A DNA stretch of 64,000 nt from Obrimoposthia wandeli (Eukaryota). The notes under the pieces were generated by a model that was not told where the DNA came from, ran no database searches, and saw nothing but the letters and a program-made list of their open reading frames with translations. Below, piece after piece: positions 1-10,313 of this stretch (positions are counted from its first letter, which is position 1; every line of letters starts with the position of its first letter). Location of the stretch: contig CDROCS010003321.1 in the NCBI GenBank assembly GCA_977020255.1, forward strand, positions 1 to 64,000. Direction: 5' to 3'. The translations under genes and the position numbers were made by a program.

Positions 1-156
1 GTTCGTTTATTAGCGTTTGTTATCTTAGGTGAGGAAGTTGATTTAATAACCGTTTTTGCAATGGCAATGATTATAGCGGGTGTCGTTTGCGCAAACTTTC
101 GATCTCGCGTAAAAAAAGCTAGCGGTGTAAATCATCAAAGTCATCAGGGAAAATAG
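1..156 (+). CDS. 3' end of DMT/EamA-family transporter (partial)
   Basis: Frame 1 is open to TAG at 154-156: ...LAFVILGEEVDLITVFAMAMIIAGVVCAN..., the 'ILGE' motif plus final TM helix typical of DMT C-termini. Confidence 0.6.
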   Translation, partial: VRLLAFVILGEEVDLITVFAMAMIIAGVVCANFRSRVKKASGVNHQSHQGK

Positions 157-220
157 GACAGATAAATTAGCCGAAGTCTACACCACCAATCTCATTAAAA
201 TAACAACCAAAGATCGAAAT

Positions 221-251
221 AAGCCCCTTTTATAATATTAAGAGGGGCCTT
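221..251. terminator. Putative intrinsic terminator between convergent genes
   Basis: GCCCCTT...GAGGGGC stem between the partial DMT gene and ORF 263-793. Confidence 0.45.
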
Positions 252-262
252 GGATATACGAA

Positions 263-793
263 TTACCTCATTGCCTTACAGTTTTCATTTTCATAAACTT
301 CAAAGTAAAAATCTCTAACTTGAGTATAGCTATACACTGACTTATATGCTTTTAAATAGCCTTGAATCAAGCCCTTCTCTAAACCGATTGCCTGACCAAA
401 ATCAACCGGGGAAATTTTTCTTTGCTGCCCAATTTCAGTAAGCTTATCATTGAACAGTTTAGTTTTCTTATTCAGCTCACCCGCCGCGATAAGACACTTA
501 ACCAGCGGTCTTACTTTTCGGCTAATCTCATTAAAATCGTCCCTGTTTTCGGTGGCAGATGTAATGGCTGTCCAGGTATCACGCGAGCCTTCTTTATAGC
601 CTTCTGACTTGCCTTCAGTTAAGCCCTCTTCGCGGCCTCTTTTAAAGCCTTCTTTGTCACCAGATTTAAATCCTTCTTTCTCTCCGGCTTTCTCTCCCTC
701 GTTATAGCTCATTGTTTTGCCAAAGGTGAACGCTGCAAAACTAGCCCCTGCAAGCAATAAAATAAACACTATAACAATAATCGCTATTTTCAT
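263..793 (-). CDS. Membrane-anchored hypothetical protein with Gxxx tetrad repeats
   Basis: N-terminal hydrophobic helix followed by EGEKAGEKEGFKSGDKEGFKRGREEGLTEGKSEGYKEG (Gly every 4th residue). Confidence 0.75.
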   Translation of the reverse strand: MKIAIIVIVFILLLAGASFAAFTFGKTMSYNEGEKAGEKEGFKSGDKEGFKRGREEGLTEGKSEGYKEGSRDTWTAITSATENRDDFNEISRKVRPLVKCLIAAGELNKKTKLFNDKLTEIGQQRKISPVDFGQAIGLEKGLIQGYLKAYKSVYSYTQVRDFYFEVYENENCKAMR

Positions 794-1273
794 TTCTTTT
801 CCCTGATACTGTATCGTAGATAAGGTTAGTCGTAATTTTTCTTGATTATAAGCTAATGCTAGTGTTAAAAAATTCGGGATTCAAGTTTATAGCATCTTAA
901 GTGAGTAATTAGTCATATAAATATAGCGTTCAATAGAATTGTTCACTGCTCGATTTTCAATTCAAGACCCTGTATAACTTTAAGTAACGGTTTAAAAGTA
1001 AGATATAAAAACAATAATATTGGCTGTATTTACATTATTACTTTTTACTATCAAGAGGTCTCATTAAAAAGCACACATAAGCATTTCATCAGAGAATGCA
1101 TTTAAGAATCTAATGCTAATAACTTAGTTAATTAGAGATACATTTAGATCACTAAGGATTGTATGCCTTTAGAGCGAATGTTTTGTCTTTTGGCAAAACA
1201 CCCCTTATCACTAAATGAGTGATAAGTTTCAGCGAAGGTAGCTGCACAGGGGAGCCTTATTCTCGAGTATTAA

Positions 1274-1936
1274 TTGAAAAACAATTTTATCAATAACCTT
1301 ATCTCTGGAAGAATTATGATGAGAACTCTCAGCATCGTTACAGGCTTAGTATTATTCTTATTTATCAGCACACATCTACTCAACCTTAGTTTGGGTATTA
1401 TCTCTATAGAATTAATGGAAACAAGCCGCCCATATTTTTTTGCTCTTTGGAAAACAATTCCTTTTGGAATATTATTAATGGGGTCTTTCATTGTGCATTC
1501 GATGCTAGCGATGCGTTCTATATATTTAAGAAACACCCTAAAAATGTCTACCCTTGATAAAGTACAGTTAGTCACTTCGCTATTAATTATCCCACTGCTA
1601 ATTCCTCACCTATTTGCCATTAAAGCCGGTCAAATATTATTTTCAATCGAACCAACGTTTACGGGCTTTTTAACCATCATGTGGATTGATTATCCCCTAG
1701 AAGGTTTACGCCAAGTTCTATTGCTAATTGTTGTTTGGATTCATGGCTGTATCGGGCTATTAACTTGGTTAAAATTAAAAGCTTGGTGGCCTTCTATTGC
1801 ATTGTTTTCTTACCCTTTAGCGGTAGCAATACCTACACTGGCATTACTTGGTTTTCAGAAGCAGGTAGAGATGAGTAGAAATATACGAAAAAAAGCAGAT
1901 AAACAATTACTCATACCCTGTAACGACTCAAGATGA
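1274..1936 (+). CDS. Cytochrome-b/SDH-like multi-TM domain (N-terminal half of a split TM-2Fe-2S protein)
   Basis: Several TM helices with His in THLLN, VHS, PHL and WIHG; resembles the N-terminus of membrane 2Fe-2S adenylate cyclases. Confidence 0.7.
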   Translation: MKNNFINNLISGRIMMRTLSIVTGLVLFLFISTHLLNLSLGIISIELMETSRPYFFALWKTIPFGILLMGSFIVHSMLAMRSIYLRNTLKMSTLDKVQLVTSLLIIPLLIPHLFAIKAGQILFSIEPTFTGFLTIMWIDYPLEGLRQVLLLIVVWIHGCIGLLTWLKLKAWWPSIALFSYPLAVAIPTLALLGFQKQVEMSRNIRKKADKQLLIPCNDSR

Positions 1937-2021
1937 GCGGTCTACCTATAAAGCATCCCTACCTCTTAACAGCAAATCAAATACGAACCCTGTTTCGTCT
2001 GACCCAAGCTTTAAAGAAAAA

Positions 2022-2492
2022 ATGAAAGCTGTAGATGATAATAAAAACATAACCATTTACATTTACCTCTTTATCATTTTTATTTTGTTGGCAGCCCGAT
2101 ACCTCAGAATAAAAAGGCGTAAGGAGTGGGTCAAAATTGAATATGCAGATGGAGAGAGCGTTACAACGGAAATCGGCGCAACATTATTAGAAATTTCGAT
2201 CTCTAATGATATTCCCCATGCGAATCTCTGCCACGGTAAGGGAAGGTGTGGTACTTGTAGGGTAAAAATAATTAATACAACAAGCCAATTGACTAAGGCC
2301 TCTAAACTAGAACAATTAATGCTAGACAAACTCAACTGTTGTGCGCAAACAAGACTTGCTTGCCAAGTCATTCCCAGTGCTGGTGTGGTTAAATTAGAAC
2401 GTTTATTTAGTGCAGATATTCAACCTGCAACTCTTCATCAAAGTGCTGAAAAAGAAGCAGAAAAATCAAGCCATGATGAGGTGTCAATATAA
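2022..2492 (+). CDS. TM helix plus 2Fe-2S ferredoxin domain (C-terminal half; frame open from ~1875)
   Basis: CHGKGRCGTC...C (TRLACQ) 2Fe-2S motif; this frame is open upstream to 1875 and overlaps the previous ORF. Confidence 0.8.
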   Translation: MKAVDDNKNITIYIYLFIIFILLAARYLRIKRRKEWVKIEYADGESVTTEIGATLLEISISNDIPHANLCHGKGRCGTCRVKIINTTSQLTKASKLEQLMLDKLNCCAQTRLACQVIPSAGVVKLERLFSADIQPATLHQSAEKEAEKSSHDEVSI

Positions 2493-4792
2493 TGATTACC
2501 AACATGGCTTTGAGAGTTTCGATACGCATTGTTTTAATAGTAATATTTATATTCAGCTTTAACATTCAAGCGCAAACAAATCACAATAGTGATGTAAACA
2601 ATATAAAAACAGAAGGAGAGGGAGAGAGGCAAAAAATAAAGCATTTTAAACAATTGTTAGCAGATCCTGAAATACAAGGCTGGCTGCAAACATCACTGCT
2701 TGATATAGATTCAAATAACTCTGATGAGACGAAGCCATCCGATGGCCTAAAGTCTAATTTCAAAATCCTGTTTGATAAAATAAGGGAGCGAAAGCGGTTT
2801 TTATTGACTGCTCTATCACAGATAAAATACGCCCCTAGTATGTTAATGAGTAGCTGGCAACAACAAATGACTAAGACTCAGTCACTTCGGGCTATGACTT
2901 ACATCATTATATTTCTATTTGTAGGGGCAGGCTTTGAGTGGTTGTACACTCAATACACAGGGCCTAGATTATTAGGTCTCGAGTTACAAAAGCCTGAAAA
3001 TTTAAGAAAAAAAGTAACTACAGCCGCTTTACGAGCATTAATTACTTTTGGTGGCCTCTGCTTCTTTGCACTGGGCAGTATTGGCGTGTTTTTATCATTT
3101 AGCTGGCCCACTTTAATTGCTTATTTAGTACTAGAGATTTTAATTGTTATTTTGACCTTTAGAGTAGGCACTACCATCATTCGCTTTTTCTTAGCCCCTC
3201 GTTTAAAAGAACTAAGGTTAGTCCCTTTAACAAATATTCAAGCCAAATCAATGTATTATTGGGCAGCAGTACTCATATTACTCAGTACCTTGAGTTCAGC
3301 AATTACAAATGTATTTGACAATATACTCGAAGGTAATTCCGTTGAACAAATCAGTCACTCAGCATTATCATTTAATTTAATTAATAACTTTATTGTGTTG
3401 GCCTTCTCTCTGTTTGCGCTGTATCGGGTATCAAGTCTCTTTCGCGTTGTAACGGAGCAGGGCTTAGGAACACTAACCAGATCAAACATTAACAGATTTT
3501 GGACTACGTATTTTTCGATATTATTTATTCTAACCTATGTTCTATGGATGATAGATACTAAAATACTAATGTTTTCGCTCATTATTTTAGGCTTACTTAT
3601 CCCTTTAACGCATCTATTTAGAGCCTGGATAAATTATCTATTTGACCAAGCTGAACTTCGACATCAAACAAACCATATTGATGAGGGCAACAACCGAGAG
3701 ACAGTAGACGAAGAAAGGGCGCCTAATGATGACAATAACGTTCAATATCCTTACGATAATTACCGCCCCATAGCAAGACGATTGGTTCGCTTTCTATTAA
3801 TTATCATAGCCATCTCATTATTGATGCTGACTTGGGGTATGAATATTTTTTCCATATCCAACACTCCTTCTATAACAGGCACCGTATTCAAAATATCAAT
3901 TGATGTAATAGCTGCCGTTCTTATAGCTGATCTTATATGGGTATGGGCCAAAACATTTATAGACCAGCGTCTTGTTGATTATCGCCCCCCCGAAGATGGA
4001 CATGCACCAGGGCCTGAAGCGCGCATGGCGACTTTGCTCCCGCTGTTTCGTACGATGTTGGTTGTAACACTTGTTTCAATGGTAATTTTTAGTGTGTTAG
4101 CTTCATTGGGTTTTAATATCGGTCCACTCTTAGCCGGAGCCGGAGTCATAGGGCTTGCGATTGGTTTTGGTGCTCAAACATTGGTTAAAGATGTGGTGTC
4201 AGGCATATTTTACCTAATTGACGATGCTTTTAGAGTGGGTGAATATATTGAAATAGGTGATTTACGCGGTACGGTCGAGTCTATGTCAATACGATCACTT
4301 AGAATTCGGCATCACCGTGGCGCTGTACATACCGTCCCATTTGGTGAGCTTAAATCAATTACCAATCATTCTAGGGATTGGGTGATTATGAAATTAGAGT
4401 TTAGAATTCCATTTGATACCAATATGCAGCAGGTTAAAAAATTAGTGAAAAAAATAGGCAAGAAGCTATTGGAAAACCCTGACTATGGTCACAGTTTTAT
4501 AGAGCCTTTAAAGTCTCAAGGAGTGAGACGGATGGAAGAGTTTAACATGGTCTTAGGTGTAAAATTTATGACGAGGCCCGGTGAACAATGGGTAATCCGC
4601 CGAGAAGCGTATCATAAAATTCGCGATACCTTTGAAGAAAATGGTATCAACCTTGCCGAGCGAAATGTAAAAGTAGAAGTATTAAACAGTTCTGGGCCAT
4701 TAGATGAAAAAACCAATCAAGCAGTGATGGGAGCAGCGCAAAACGCTGTCGATCCACAAGGGCCTAAAAAACCTATTCCAGATGAGCCTTAA
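2492..4792 (+). CDS. Large MscS-family mechanosensitive channel
   Basis: C-terminal LLAGAGVIGLAIGFGAQTLVKDVVSGIF...FRVGEYIE MscS signature and a long multi-TM N-terminus; ATG overlaps the upstream TAA. Confidence 0.9.
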   Translation: MITNMALRVSIRIVLIVIFIFSFNIQAQTNHNSDVNNIKTEGEGERQKIKHFKQLLADPEIQGWLQTSLLDIDSNNSDETKPSDGLKSNFKILFDKIRERKRFLLTALSQIKYAPSMLMSSWQQQMTKTQSLRAMTYIIIFLFVGAGFEWLYTQYTGPRLLGLELQKPENLRKKVTTAALRALITFGGLCFFALGSIGVFLSFSWPTLIAYLVLEILIVILTFRVGTTIIRFFLAPRLKELRLVPLTNIQAKSMYYWAAVLILLSTLSSAITNVFDNILEGNSVEQISHSALSFNLINNFIVLAFSLFALYRVSSLFRVVTEQGLGTLTRSNINRFWTTYFSILFILTYVLWMIDTKILMFSLIILGLLIPLTHLFRAWINYLFDQAELRHQTNHIDEGNNRETVDEERAPNDDNNVQYPYDNYRPIARRLVRFLLIIIAISLLMLTWGMNIFSISNTPSITGTVFKISIDVIAAVLIADLIWVWAKTFIDQRLVDYRPPEDGHAPGPEARMATLLPLFRTMLVVTLVSMVIFSVLASLGFNIGPLLAGAGVIGLAIGFGAQTLVKDVVSGIFYLIDDAFRVGEYIEIGDLRGTVESMSIRSLRIRHHRGAVHTVPFGELKSITNHSRDWVIMKLEFRIPFDTNMQQVKKLVKKIGKKLLENPDYGHSFIEPLKSQGVRRMEEFNMVLGVKFMTRPGEQWVIRREAYHKIRDTFEENGINLAERNVKVEVLNSSGPLDEKTNQAVMGAAQNAVDPQGPKKPIPDEP

Positions 4793-5108
4793 ACACTATT
4801 AATATAAGAATCACCATATAAGCTTCACGTAATAAGATGTCATTACCGTTACGTGAAGCAGAATACTTTACTACTGTGTTAAAAAAACCGCCGTTCTCAG
4901 CAATTCTTATTGCTTATTTTTGATAGAAAATCAGCTCTGTCAGAATTCACCTATACCCCCTATAGAAAAACTAGTCGTCAAATAGTTACCGGCTAGATTG
5001 ATTTAAAGACAAAAATTTAATAATTTATACTGCATCAGATTAGGCACTTATGAGTCCTTTTCGCTGTAAGTATTCATAAGTAATAGCCACATAATCAGGA
5101 ATTTAATT

Positions 5109-6389
5109 TTGTTGAATAATTTATGGAAACAATTCGGATCACCCATTGCGACTAACCGCCTAATACAAAATTTAGAAGCGGATGTAGTGGTGGTTGGCGC
5201 AGGCTTTAGCGGCTTGTCTACTGCTTACCATTTAGCAGCTCAAGGTAAGAGCGTTATTGTGCTTGAAGCAAATGGTATTGGCTATGGCGCATCAGGCAGG
5301 AACGTAGGGCTAACAAATGCCGGGCTGTGGATTATGCCCAAAGATACTGAAAAACTGTTAGGACACAAACAAGGGCAGGCATTAAACCAATTGCTCATAG
5401 ATGCTCCGTTGTATGTTAAAGAAATGATCACTAAGCATTCGTTAGATTGTGATTTTTTAGATAATGGCACGTTACATTTGGCGCATACTAAATCGGCAAT
5501 CAACTATCTAAATGAGCGAAAAAAACAGTTATGCGCCTATGGTGCGAAAATTGAATTCTTAGATAAATCCAGCACTTTTAAAAAGAGCTGCGCACATGGC
5601 TATCACGGCTCATTATTAGATACCCGTGCAGGGACTGTGCACCCTTTGAAGTACTGTTTTTCGCTGGCAAAATTAGCCATACAAGCAGGTGTGCAAATAT
5701 ACACTGACAGCTGCGTTCAGGGCATCGAAAAGCAATCAAACAGTTTTGTGTTGAAAACAGAAAAAGGGCAAGTAACTGCTGGGCAAGTAGTACTTGCGAC
5801 CAACGCTTATGAAGAAAAGTTAACAAATAATACTGCACTGTATACACCGCTTTATTTTTGCCAGCTTGCGAGTGAGCCATTATCAAAGCAACAGCAACAA
5901 CATTGTTTGCCTGAAAACAATGGCTGCTGGGACTCTGGTGCGGTTATGCGCTCTTTTAGAACAGACCATGACAATCGATTAATTATAGGCACTGTAGGAG
6001 ATATCCATACGCGTAATGCTGATGGGTTTAAGCGCTGGTCTAAACATGTCGTCAAAAATACATTTCACTCATTAGGTGAATTAAATTATCAATTTGCCTG
6101 GTCTGGGCGTATCGCAAAAAGTCACAACAATATCCCTCAAGTACTAGAAGTTGAAAAAGGGATTATCCAAATAATGGGCTATAGCGGTAGAGGTATTGCA
6201 GGGGCAACGGTGGTTGGGAGGGAGTTGGCAAACTATTTAATCACTTCGAACCTACGATCTAGCACCCATCCACCAGAAATTGCCCTACCGGTGAATAAAG
6301 CCAAGAATATAAGTTTTAATCGCGTGCGCGCGAGCGTTTACGAAATAGGTAGTCAACTGTCACATTTAAGTGATCATATAATAAGGTAA
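5109..6389 (+). CDS. FAD-dependent oxidoreductase (DAO family), AmaA/L-pipecolate oxidase-like
   Basis: VVVVGAGFSGLS, GASGRN and GYSGRGI motifs; 5 bp upstream of an ALDH7-type gene. Confidence 0.8.
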   Translation: MLNNLWKQFGSPIATNRLIQNLEADVVVVGAGFSGLSTAYHLAAQGKSVIVLEANGIGYGASGRNVGLTNAGLWIMPKDTEKLLGHKQGQALNQLLIDAPLYVKEMITKHSLDCDFLDNGTLHLAHTKSAINYLNERKKQLCAYGAKIEFLDKSSTFKKSCAHGYHGSLLDTRAGTVHPLKYCFSLAKLAIQAGVQIYTDSCVQGIEKQSNSFVLKTEKGQVTAGQVVLATNAYEEKLTNNTALYTPLYFCQLASEPLSKQQQQHCLPENNGCWDSGAVMRSFRTDHDNRLIIGTVGDIHTRNADGFKRWSKHVVKNTFHSLGELNYQFAWSGRIAKSHNNIPQVLEVEKGIIQIMGYSGRGIAGATVVGRELANYLITSNLRSSTHPPEIALPVNKAKNISFNRVRASVYEIGSQLSHLSDHIIR

Positions 6390-6394
6390 ATAGA

Positions 6395-7906
6395 ATGAAT
6401 ATCAATGAGATATACACACAATTAGGTTTAGTCGATGCACAGGTAAAAAACGGTGACCTGCACGTTTTTAGCCCGACAGATGGCGCACAAATTGGTAGTG
6501 TAAAAACTGATAGTACCCAAGATATTGACGATATTATCAATCAATCTCAAGCGGCTTTTAAGCAATGGAGAAATGTTCCTGCGCCAAGAAGAGGCGAATT
6601 GATTCGTATCTTGGGTAATATTTTAAGAGAAAAAAAAGAAGCACTTGGGTCACTTGTTAGTTTGGAGTGCGGTAAAATTTATCAAGAAGGGCTCGGTGAA
6701 GTTCAAGAGATGATAGACATATGTGATCTTGCTGTAGGTCAAGCAAGACAATTATATGGTTTAACTATCGCATCTGAGCGCCCAAGTCATAAAATGCGTG
6801 AGTACTGGCAGCCAATGGGGCCGGTTGGGGTTATTTCAGCCTTTAACTTCCCAGTAGCGGTATGGTCATGGAACACGGCATTAGCGGTTGTTTGTGGTGA
6901 CAGTATTATTTGGAAACCGTCTGAAAAAACACCGTTAACTGCACTCGCTTGCAAAAATATTTTTGAGCAAGCAATGGCTGAATTTGGCGATGATGCACCG
7001 GCAAACCTCATGCAAGTTATTATTGGTGATCGCGCAGCAGGCGAGCAAATGGTCAACAGTAAGAAAGTACCCGTTATAAGTGCCACAGGAAGCAGCGCAA
7101 TGGGTCGCATTGTAGGTACACAAGTAGCGCAACGTTTTGGTCGCTCTTTATTAGAGCTAGGCGGTAACAATGCAATTATTGTTTCACCTACGGCTGATTT
7201 GTCGATTGCATTCCAAGGCATTTTCTTTGGAGCAGTGGGTACCTGTGGCCAACGTTGTACTTCTACTCGACGCATCTTTGTTCACGAATCAGTGTATGAC
7301 GATTTGGTGCCTAAGTTAAAGCATGCATATGGACAAGTTAGCATTGGCGATCCACTAGATCAAAATGTTTTGGTTGGCCCGTTAATTGATAAAGATTCAT
7401 ATGAAAATATGCAAACAGCACTTAAGCTTGCAAAAACCAATGGTGGTAACATTATAGGTGGTGAGCGAATCTTAGAAGATAAATACCCTGAAGGCTATTA
7501 TGTAAAACCTGCATTAGTTGAAATGCAAGGTACTGTAAATAACGTTCAAGAAGAGACTTTCGCTCCAATTTTGTATGTATTTAAATACACAGATTTGGGC
7601 GATGCGATTGAACGCCAAAACGATGTCCCTCAAGGTTTATCATCAGCAATATTTACCCGCGATGTGCTTGAAGCTGAAATTTTCACCTCTGAATGTGGCA
7701 GTGATTGCGGAATTGCAAACGTCAACATTGGCACATCAGGTGCAGAAATTGGCGGTGCATTTGGTGGCGAAAAAGAAACAGGCGGTGGGCGCGAGAGTGG
7801 ATCCGATGCATGGAAGGTATATATGCGCCGTATGACATCTACGCTTAACTATTCTAAAGAACTGCCTTTAGCTCAAGGCATTAAGTTTGACTTTTCCAGC
7901 TTGTAA
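6395..7906 (+). CDS. amaB: Aldehyde dehydrogenase family 7 (piperideine-6-carboxylate / alpha-aminoadipate semialdehyde dehydrogenase)
   Basis: ISAFNFPVAVWSWN, LELGGNN, GQRCT, GAEIGGAFGGEKETGGGRESGSDAWK and LPLAQGI are ALDH7 hallmarks. Confidence 0.8.
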   Translation: MNINEIYTQLGLVDAQVKNGDLHVFSPTDGAQIGSVKTDSTQDIDDIINQSQAAFKQWRNVPAPRRGELIRILGNILREKKEALGSLVSLECGKIYQEGLGEVQEMIDICDLAVGQARQLYGLTIASERPSHKMREYWQPMGPVGVISAFNFPVAVWSWNTALAVVCGDSIIWKPSEKTPLTALACKNIFEQAMAEFGDDAPANLMQVIIGDRAAGEQMVNSKKVPVISATGSSAMGRIVGTQVAQRFGRSLLELGGNNAIIVSPTADLSIAFQGIFFGAVGTCGQRCTSTRRIFVHESVYDDLVPKLKHAYGQVSIGDPLDQNVLVGPLIDKDSYENMQTALKLAKTNGGNIIGGERILEDKYPEGYYVKPALVEMQGTVNNVQEETFAPILYVFKYTDLGDAIERQNDVPQGLSSAIFTRDVLEAEIFTSECGSDCGIANVNIGTSGAEIGGAFGGEKETGGGRESGSDAWKVYMRRMTSTLNYSKELPLAQGIKFDFSSL

Positions 7907-7929
7907 TTTTTAATAGCATAAACTTATGG

Positions 7930-7954
7930 TTTGGGTTGATCGCATCAACCCAAA
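7930..7954. terminator. Hairpin between convergent genes
   Basis: TTTGGGTTGAT-CGC-ATCAACCCAAA, perfect 11-bp stem. Confidence 0.7.
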
Positions 7955-7998
7955 TCTTTGTGATGCAATCTAAGCGTCGTTGTATTAAAAATATATGA

Positions 7999-9024
7999 TT
8001 AGTTATACCCATCAAAAAGAATGTCACTTGTAACTTTATTTCCAATAAATGGAGCAAGCATCACACCTGGATGCCCAACCGCTACATATAATCCTGGAAC
8101 ACCAGATAAAAAACCAGCGTTAGGCCAGCCTCCCTCAGGGTTGGGTCTGTTGGCCATTTCTACTGACTCAAGTTTTATGGTTTTTGTCACTCGAAAGTTT
8201 TGTCTAATTAACTCTTCTACATTTTTAGCTAGCGCGTGTAATCCATCCTGACCATTAAGAGGTAAATTTTCAGCGACTACTAACATCCCTTTTTTAGCTT
8301 GTCGTATTTCTAAATAGGGACAAGATAATATATGTCTTATCAAATGCTCATGCACTCTAAAGCGCAACAATACGGCAGGAGAATAACTCAAAGGTACATT
8401 CATGCCTACTTGATCGCTCAATAGGTTAACGGATGTTCCATTTGCAAGTACTACGAAATCTGCAGACTCAAAACCTTGTTCTGTTTGAATGCCAGATACT
8501 CTCCCAGCCTTTGTTTCTAGACGAATAACATTGGTATTGAAATGCAACGAAGCGCCATTTTGCTTTGCACACTGCAACAAAGTTCCGGTCAGGGCAGTCG
8601 GATTAAAAGCGAAGTCACTTTCTGCAAGCGCTGCAACTTCTGGCAAGCATTTCATAGCAGGTTCAAGTAGCTTTAGCCTTGAATTTGAAATTGATTTTAG
8701 GTTAGAGCCACTATTTCTATGCTCTTCAACAAAAGCTATTGTTTTCTCAACAGTTTGTTTCCACACTATGGCTGTGTTAGTTGTAATAGGGAACATCTCG
8801 CCAAGTTCTTCACGTAAAGAATGGTAATCTTCAATCGCTTTTAGCCTATATTTAAAAAGGCTTGGATTTTTAATCGCACAAAGCGCTCCAGCGCCTACCC
8901 AACCAAATGAGCTTTGAGTAGCGCCAAGGCCTGAACTATGTAGTTTATCAACAAGTGTTACCCGAGCACCATTTTTAGACAAGCTCCAGGTTATAGTGGC
9001 ACCAATTATACCAGCGCCAATCAC
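7999..9024 (-). CDS. FAD-dependent oxidoreductase (DAO family); start uncertain
   Basis: VIGAGIIG, GATQSSFGW and HPGVMLAP motifs; the frame continues a few codons upstream of GTG with no ATG. Confidence 0.8.
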   Translation of the reverse strand: MIGAGIIGATITWSLSKNGARVTLVDKLHSSGLGATQSSFGWVGAGALCAIKNPSLFKYRLKAIEDYHSLREELGEMFPITTNTAIVWKQTVEKTIAFVEEHRNSGSNLKSISNSRLKLLEPAMKCLPEVAALAESDFAFNPTALTGTLLQCAKQNGASLHFNTNVIRLETKAGRVSGIQTEQGFESADFVVLANGTSVNLLSDQVGMNVPLSYSPAVLLRFRVHEHLIRHILSCPYLEIRQAKKGMLVVAENLPLNGQDGLHALAKNVEELIRQNFRVTKTIKLESVEMANRPNPEGGWPNAGFLSGVPGLYVAVGHPGVMLAPFIGNKVTSDILFDGYN

Positions 9025-9365
9025 AATTATATGAGGGGAGTATTTGATTTTTCTAATCCTCTATAAATATTGGTATTGATAGAATATCTCGGAATAATCT
9101 TAAGTCAGCAGCAATAAACCAAACTCATCAACCTGACATTGGTATAATAGCTAGCGTATTATTACCTCATCACTTAATTAGATAATACAATGTTAAATAT
9201 TATATACAGCACATCAGTGAGGTAATTAGGCTTAAACTTGTACAGAAAATATTAACATTATATTTAAATACCCTTTGTGCAAAGGCTTAGGCTTTCATAT
9301 TTCAATTTTTTAAAAACAATTGTACTATCTCCTTTATCAAAAAGGCCCATAGCTAGGATGAGTAA

Positions 9366-10313
9366 ATGAATCAATTTTACCCAATGATAGAACCTTATAA
9401 TCACTTTCTACTTACTGTTGACGATATTCATCAAGTATATGTCGAGGAGTGCGGTAACCCTCAAGGCCAACCTGTTATTTTTTTTCATGGCGGGCCAGGA
9501 GGCGGCTGTTCAAGTAGTGATCGCCGCTTTTTTGATCCTGAAAAGTATCGGATTATATTATTTGATCAACGCGGCTGTGGACGCTCATTACCCTTTGGTA
9601 GTTTGATCAATAACTCCACAGATAAGTTAATAGCAGATATAGAGTTGATCAGAGAGAAGCTAGCTATTAAAGCATGGCATGTTTTTGGTGGCTCATGGGG
9701 ATCTACGCTCGCTTTAGTGTATGCACAAGCCCATCCTGATTGTGTGAGAACAATGGTACTAAGAGGTATTTTTTTAGCTAGAGAGCAAGATACTGCCTGG
9801 GCGTTTGAAGGGGGTGGTGCAACCAGAATGTATCCAGATTATTGGAATGAATACTTAAAAGCCTTACCACCAGGTGTCACACAGTCCTCGGTTAAAACTG
9901 CTTATAAGATATTAACATCTGATAATCATGATCAGGCCTTAACCCTAGCAAGAGCATGGGCTAAATGGGAAATAAGCTGCTGTACTTTAATCCCTGACAA
10001 GTCGTTTGTTGAAGCGAGCACTGATGATGATAAGTGCTGGACATTGGCGCGCCATGAAGCACATTACATGGTGAACGATTGTTTTTTGAGTACTAATCAA
10101 ATATTGAGTAACTGTCATAAAATTGAGCATATCAAGACGATTATTGTACATGGTCGCTACGATATAGTTTGTCCATTTGATAACGCATGGCTGCTTGCCC
10201 AACACTTAAAAAATGCGAGCTTAGTGGTGAGTGAGTCAGCAGGGCATACATCAGCTGAGCCTGGCACTAAGCATCATTTGATTGAGGCAACCAATGAAAT
10301 GCTAACGCATTAA
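9366..10313 (+). CDS. pip: Proline iminopeptidase
   Basis: HGGPG, DQRGCGRS, GGSWG nucleophile motif and HGRYD. Confidence 0.93.
   Translation: MNQFYPMIEPYNHFLLTVDDIHQVYVEECGNPQGQPVIFFHGGPGGGCSSSDRRFFDPEKYRIILFDQRGCGRSLPFGSLINNSTDKLIADIELIREKLAIKAWHVFGGSWGSTLALVYAQAHPDCVRTMVLRGIFLAREQDTAWAFEGGGATRMYPDYWNEYLKALPPGVTQSSVKTAYKILTSDNHDQALTLARAWAKWEISCCTLIPDKSFVEASTDDDKCWTLARHEAHYMVNDCFLSTNQILSNCHKIEHIKTIIVHGRYDIVCPFDNAWLLAQHLKNASLVVSESAGHTSAEPGTKHHLIEATNEMLTH

Noticed and set aside
6787-7275. Long antisense ORFs such as 6787-7275, 26560-27066, 27187-27573 and 2063-2371
   Set aside because: Shadows of well-supported genes on the opposite strand, with no motifs
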